A stretch of 50,035 nt of DNA from Fonticula alba ATCC 38817. Lineage: Eukaryota > Protista > Nucleariida. The notes beneath the pieces are model-generated. The model did not search any database, was not told the DNA's origin, and worked only from the letters and a program-made list of their open reading frames with translations. Below are positions 48,168-50,035 of this stretch, piece after piece (position 1 is the first letter of the stretch; each line of letters opens with the position of its first letter). Where the stretch lies: NCBI GenBank assembly GCA_000388065.2, contig KB932213.1; one strand, given 5' to 3'. The position numbers were made by a program, and so were the translations under genes.

Positions 48168-50002
48168 CTACTTGCGGAAGAGGACATCCAGCACCTGGGA
48201 GATGCCGGTCTTCGGGCCATTGGCCGAGGTCGAGCTCCGGGTGAAGCCGTAGCTGGCACGCGAGCGGAGTCCCCGCTCCAGCTCCTCCACATCCAGGGAG
48301 TTGCTCTCATCCGAGTCGAGGGCGCCAAAAAGAGCAGTGACGGTGGCCTGGCCGAGGGAGAAGCCAAAGCAAACTGGGGGTGTACAATGTTGTGAGTGGC
48401 GCCCGCACGGCGCGGTGGCACTGGCGGATGTGTGGCCATTTCCCATCCCAGCAGGGGACTCTTTCGAATACGCACTCTTGATGGCGGCCGAGAAATCCTC
48501 CTTGGTGAAGAGACCGTCCTCGGAAGCAAAGCGGATCTGCAGGCAGCGGATGACATCGTCCAGGTTCCGGACAACCTGGTCGAGGCGGACAAACTCGTCG
48601 AAGGAGATGCGAGCTTCACCCACCGGGCACCGTGTGCCAAGCGCAGCCATGGCCAGACAAAGGCGTGTTAGTGCGGGCCTTTCCCCGAGCCGGGAGCAGC
48701 GTGTCCAGGGGGAAAAAAAAAAGCCCCTCCTGGCCAATCGACACACCATTCAGCAGGTCCGGATGCTGGGACAGCCGGGCCAGACGGCGAACCGACCGGA
48801 ACTTGTGAGCATCCTGCGAGTAGGCCGCCAGGGCCCGGGCCAGGGCGGTGGCCGAGATGCAGTCATCAGCCATGTCGCCCGGCTCGCGGTAGCAGATGAA
48901 CTCCAGGCGGAGGACCGCGTGACGGAGGTGCAGCAGGGCCTCCTCAAAGCGCTCGAGCGACACGCCAGCCTGGTTGTCCGACTCGCCGAGAAGGAAAGTC
49001 ACCAGACGAGAGGTGGTGGACTTCGTGCACGGGGCCCGACAAGGGGACATGGCCAGCGCCGGGACCATCGGGCGAGCTTCAGCATCAGTGTCATGTGCAG
49101 GGCTGGGCCCAGGGCGGGGAGGAGGATGGCGAGGGGGGAGGGGGCGAATCGCGTACCCCGCGGAGGAAAGACGACTGCTCGGCCTGGCCCTGGGCCGCGC
49201 CGATGCTGGCCTTGACGGCGCAGTAGCGAATCAGGGCGGCCAGCTCCTCGCGGTCCAGCAGACCATTGGAATTGGCGTCGCTCGAGTGGAAAGCCTCCCG
49301 GAGCCAGGCCAGCGGGGCGGACACCGCGGCCACGAAGCACAGGTACTCGCTGAAGGACACCAACCCATCGCCATCCAAGTCCGCCAGGGCGAGGACATCG
49401 CGCGCCATGGCATCGATCGGGTGGGACCCGGGCCCGGTGGCGGTCGATGCCAGGAACTCCTGCAGCCGTTGGCGCACGACCGAGGTGTTGATGCTCGACA
49501 GGCCGGCCTCCTCGACGGCCGGCTGGTAGGGCAGCAGCGAGACCATCAGGTCGGCCGGGGTCATGTAGACCACGCGCCCGCCGAAGCCCGGGCTGTAATC
49601 CACCGAGGCCAGCCCGGTGCCGGACCCGCGCTCCACCTGGGTCACGGAGGCGAAGTATTGGAAGACCTTGCGCGGGTGGCTCAGCGCGCGTAGACGGTTC
49701 TCATAGAGGCCGGTCGAGCGCTCGATCCAAGCGCCCAGCGGGGACCGCGACTCGTGGGAGCCGGCCGCCGGAGTGGCCGGAGCAGCGGCCCCGGCCAGGG
49801 AGCCGGCCGTCGGCGGGACAACGCCCGTGCTGGCGGGCCGCGCATCGCAGTGCATGGTCCAGCGCCAGGCCCCGGGCCCCGGCAAAGAGGCGGGGAGGAC
49901 GCCCGCACCGGCGGGGCGCCGATGCTGCTGGGCGGTGGTCGCGGTCAGGAGGGCGGCCGCGGCACAGCCCGCAAGGGCGAGGGTGCGTGCGCGGGGGAAC
50001 AT
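48168..50002 (-). CDS. MICU1: Mitochondrial calcium uptake protein (MICU1-like EF-hand regulator of MCU); complement(join(48168..48373,48476..48613,48747..49020,49157..50002)), 487 aa
   Basis: YENRLRALSHPRKVFQYFASV resembles MICU1 [21 protein letters not shown]. Also YMTPADL, EF-hands DLDGDGLVSFSEY, DANSNGLLDREE and DSDESNSLDVEE, and an Arg/Ala-rich presequence-like N-terminus. Total 1464 nt; two junctions need AAG acceptors. Confidence 0.88.
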
Positions 50003-50035
50003 GCTGTAAGGGAACAAATGCGGGGAGGAGGAAAG

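Overview
GC-rich, intron-containing eukaryotic genomic DNA with 10 N-gaps. Introns are short, with GT(G/A)CG donors, CTRAC/CTCAC branch points and C-rich tracts. The gene families and splice style suggest a unicellular opisthokont such as Fonticula alba (inference, no database check). I hand-spliced eight protein genes; all models except the gap-interrupted ATPase sum to a multiple of 3. They are: a 5'-truncated furin-like Cys-rich type-I membrane protein without a kinase; a degenerate Rho-family GTPase with CAAX; a 2-TM protein of unknown function; a furin-repeat non-RD receptor kinase; a coiled-coil protein; a P1B Cu-ATPase (ATP7/Ccc2); a ~2100-aa single-pass receptor with cytoplasmic ankyrin repeats; and a MICU1-like EF-hand protein. 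There is also a frameshifted tandem pseudogene of the receptor kinase and four intronless tRNA genes (Lys-CTT, Phe-GAA, Gln-CTG, initiator Met). Main observations: (1) all 7 genes/pseudogenes whose start context is readable have a 3' splice-acceptor-like YAG 1-17 nt upstream of the ATG, which means either pervasive 5'-UTR introns or spliced-leader trans-splicing; (2) three furin-repeat receptor paralogues in different states (active kinase, kinase-less, pseudogene); (3) an Illumina adapter plus an exact 140-bp duplication is assembled in frame inside the kinase gene, which is an artefact; (4) a probable prenylated Rho pseudo-GTPase; (5) a Notch-like ankyrin receptor architecture.
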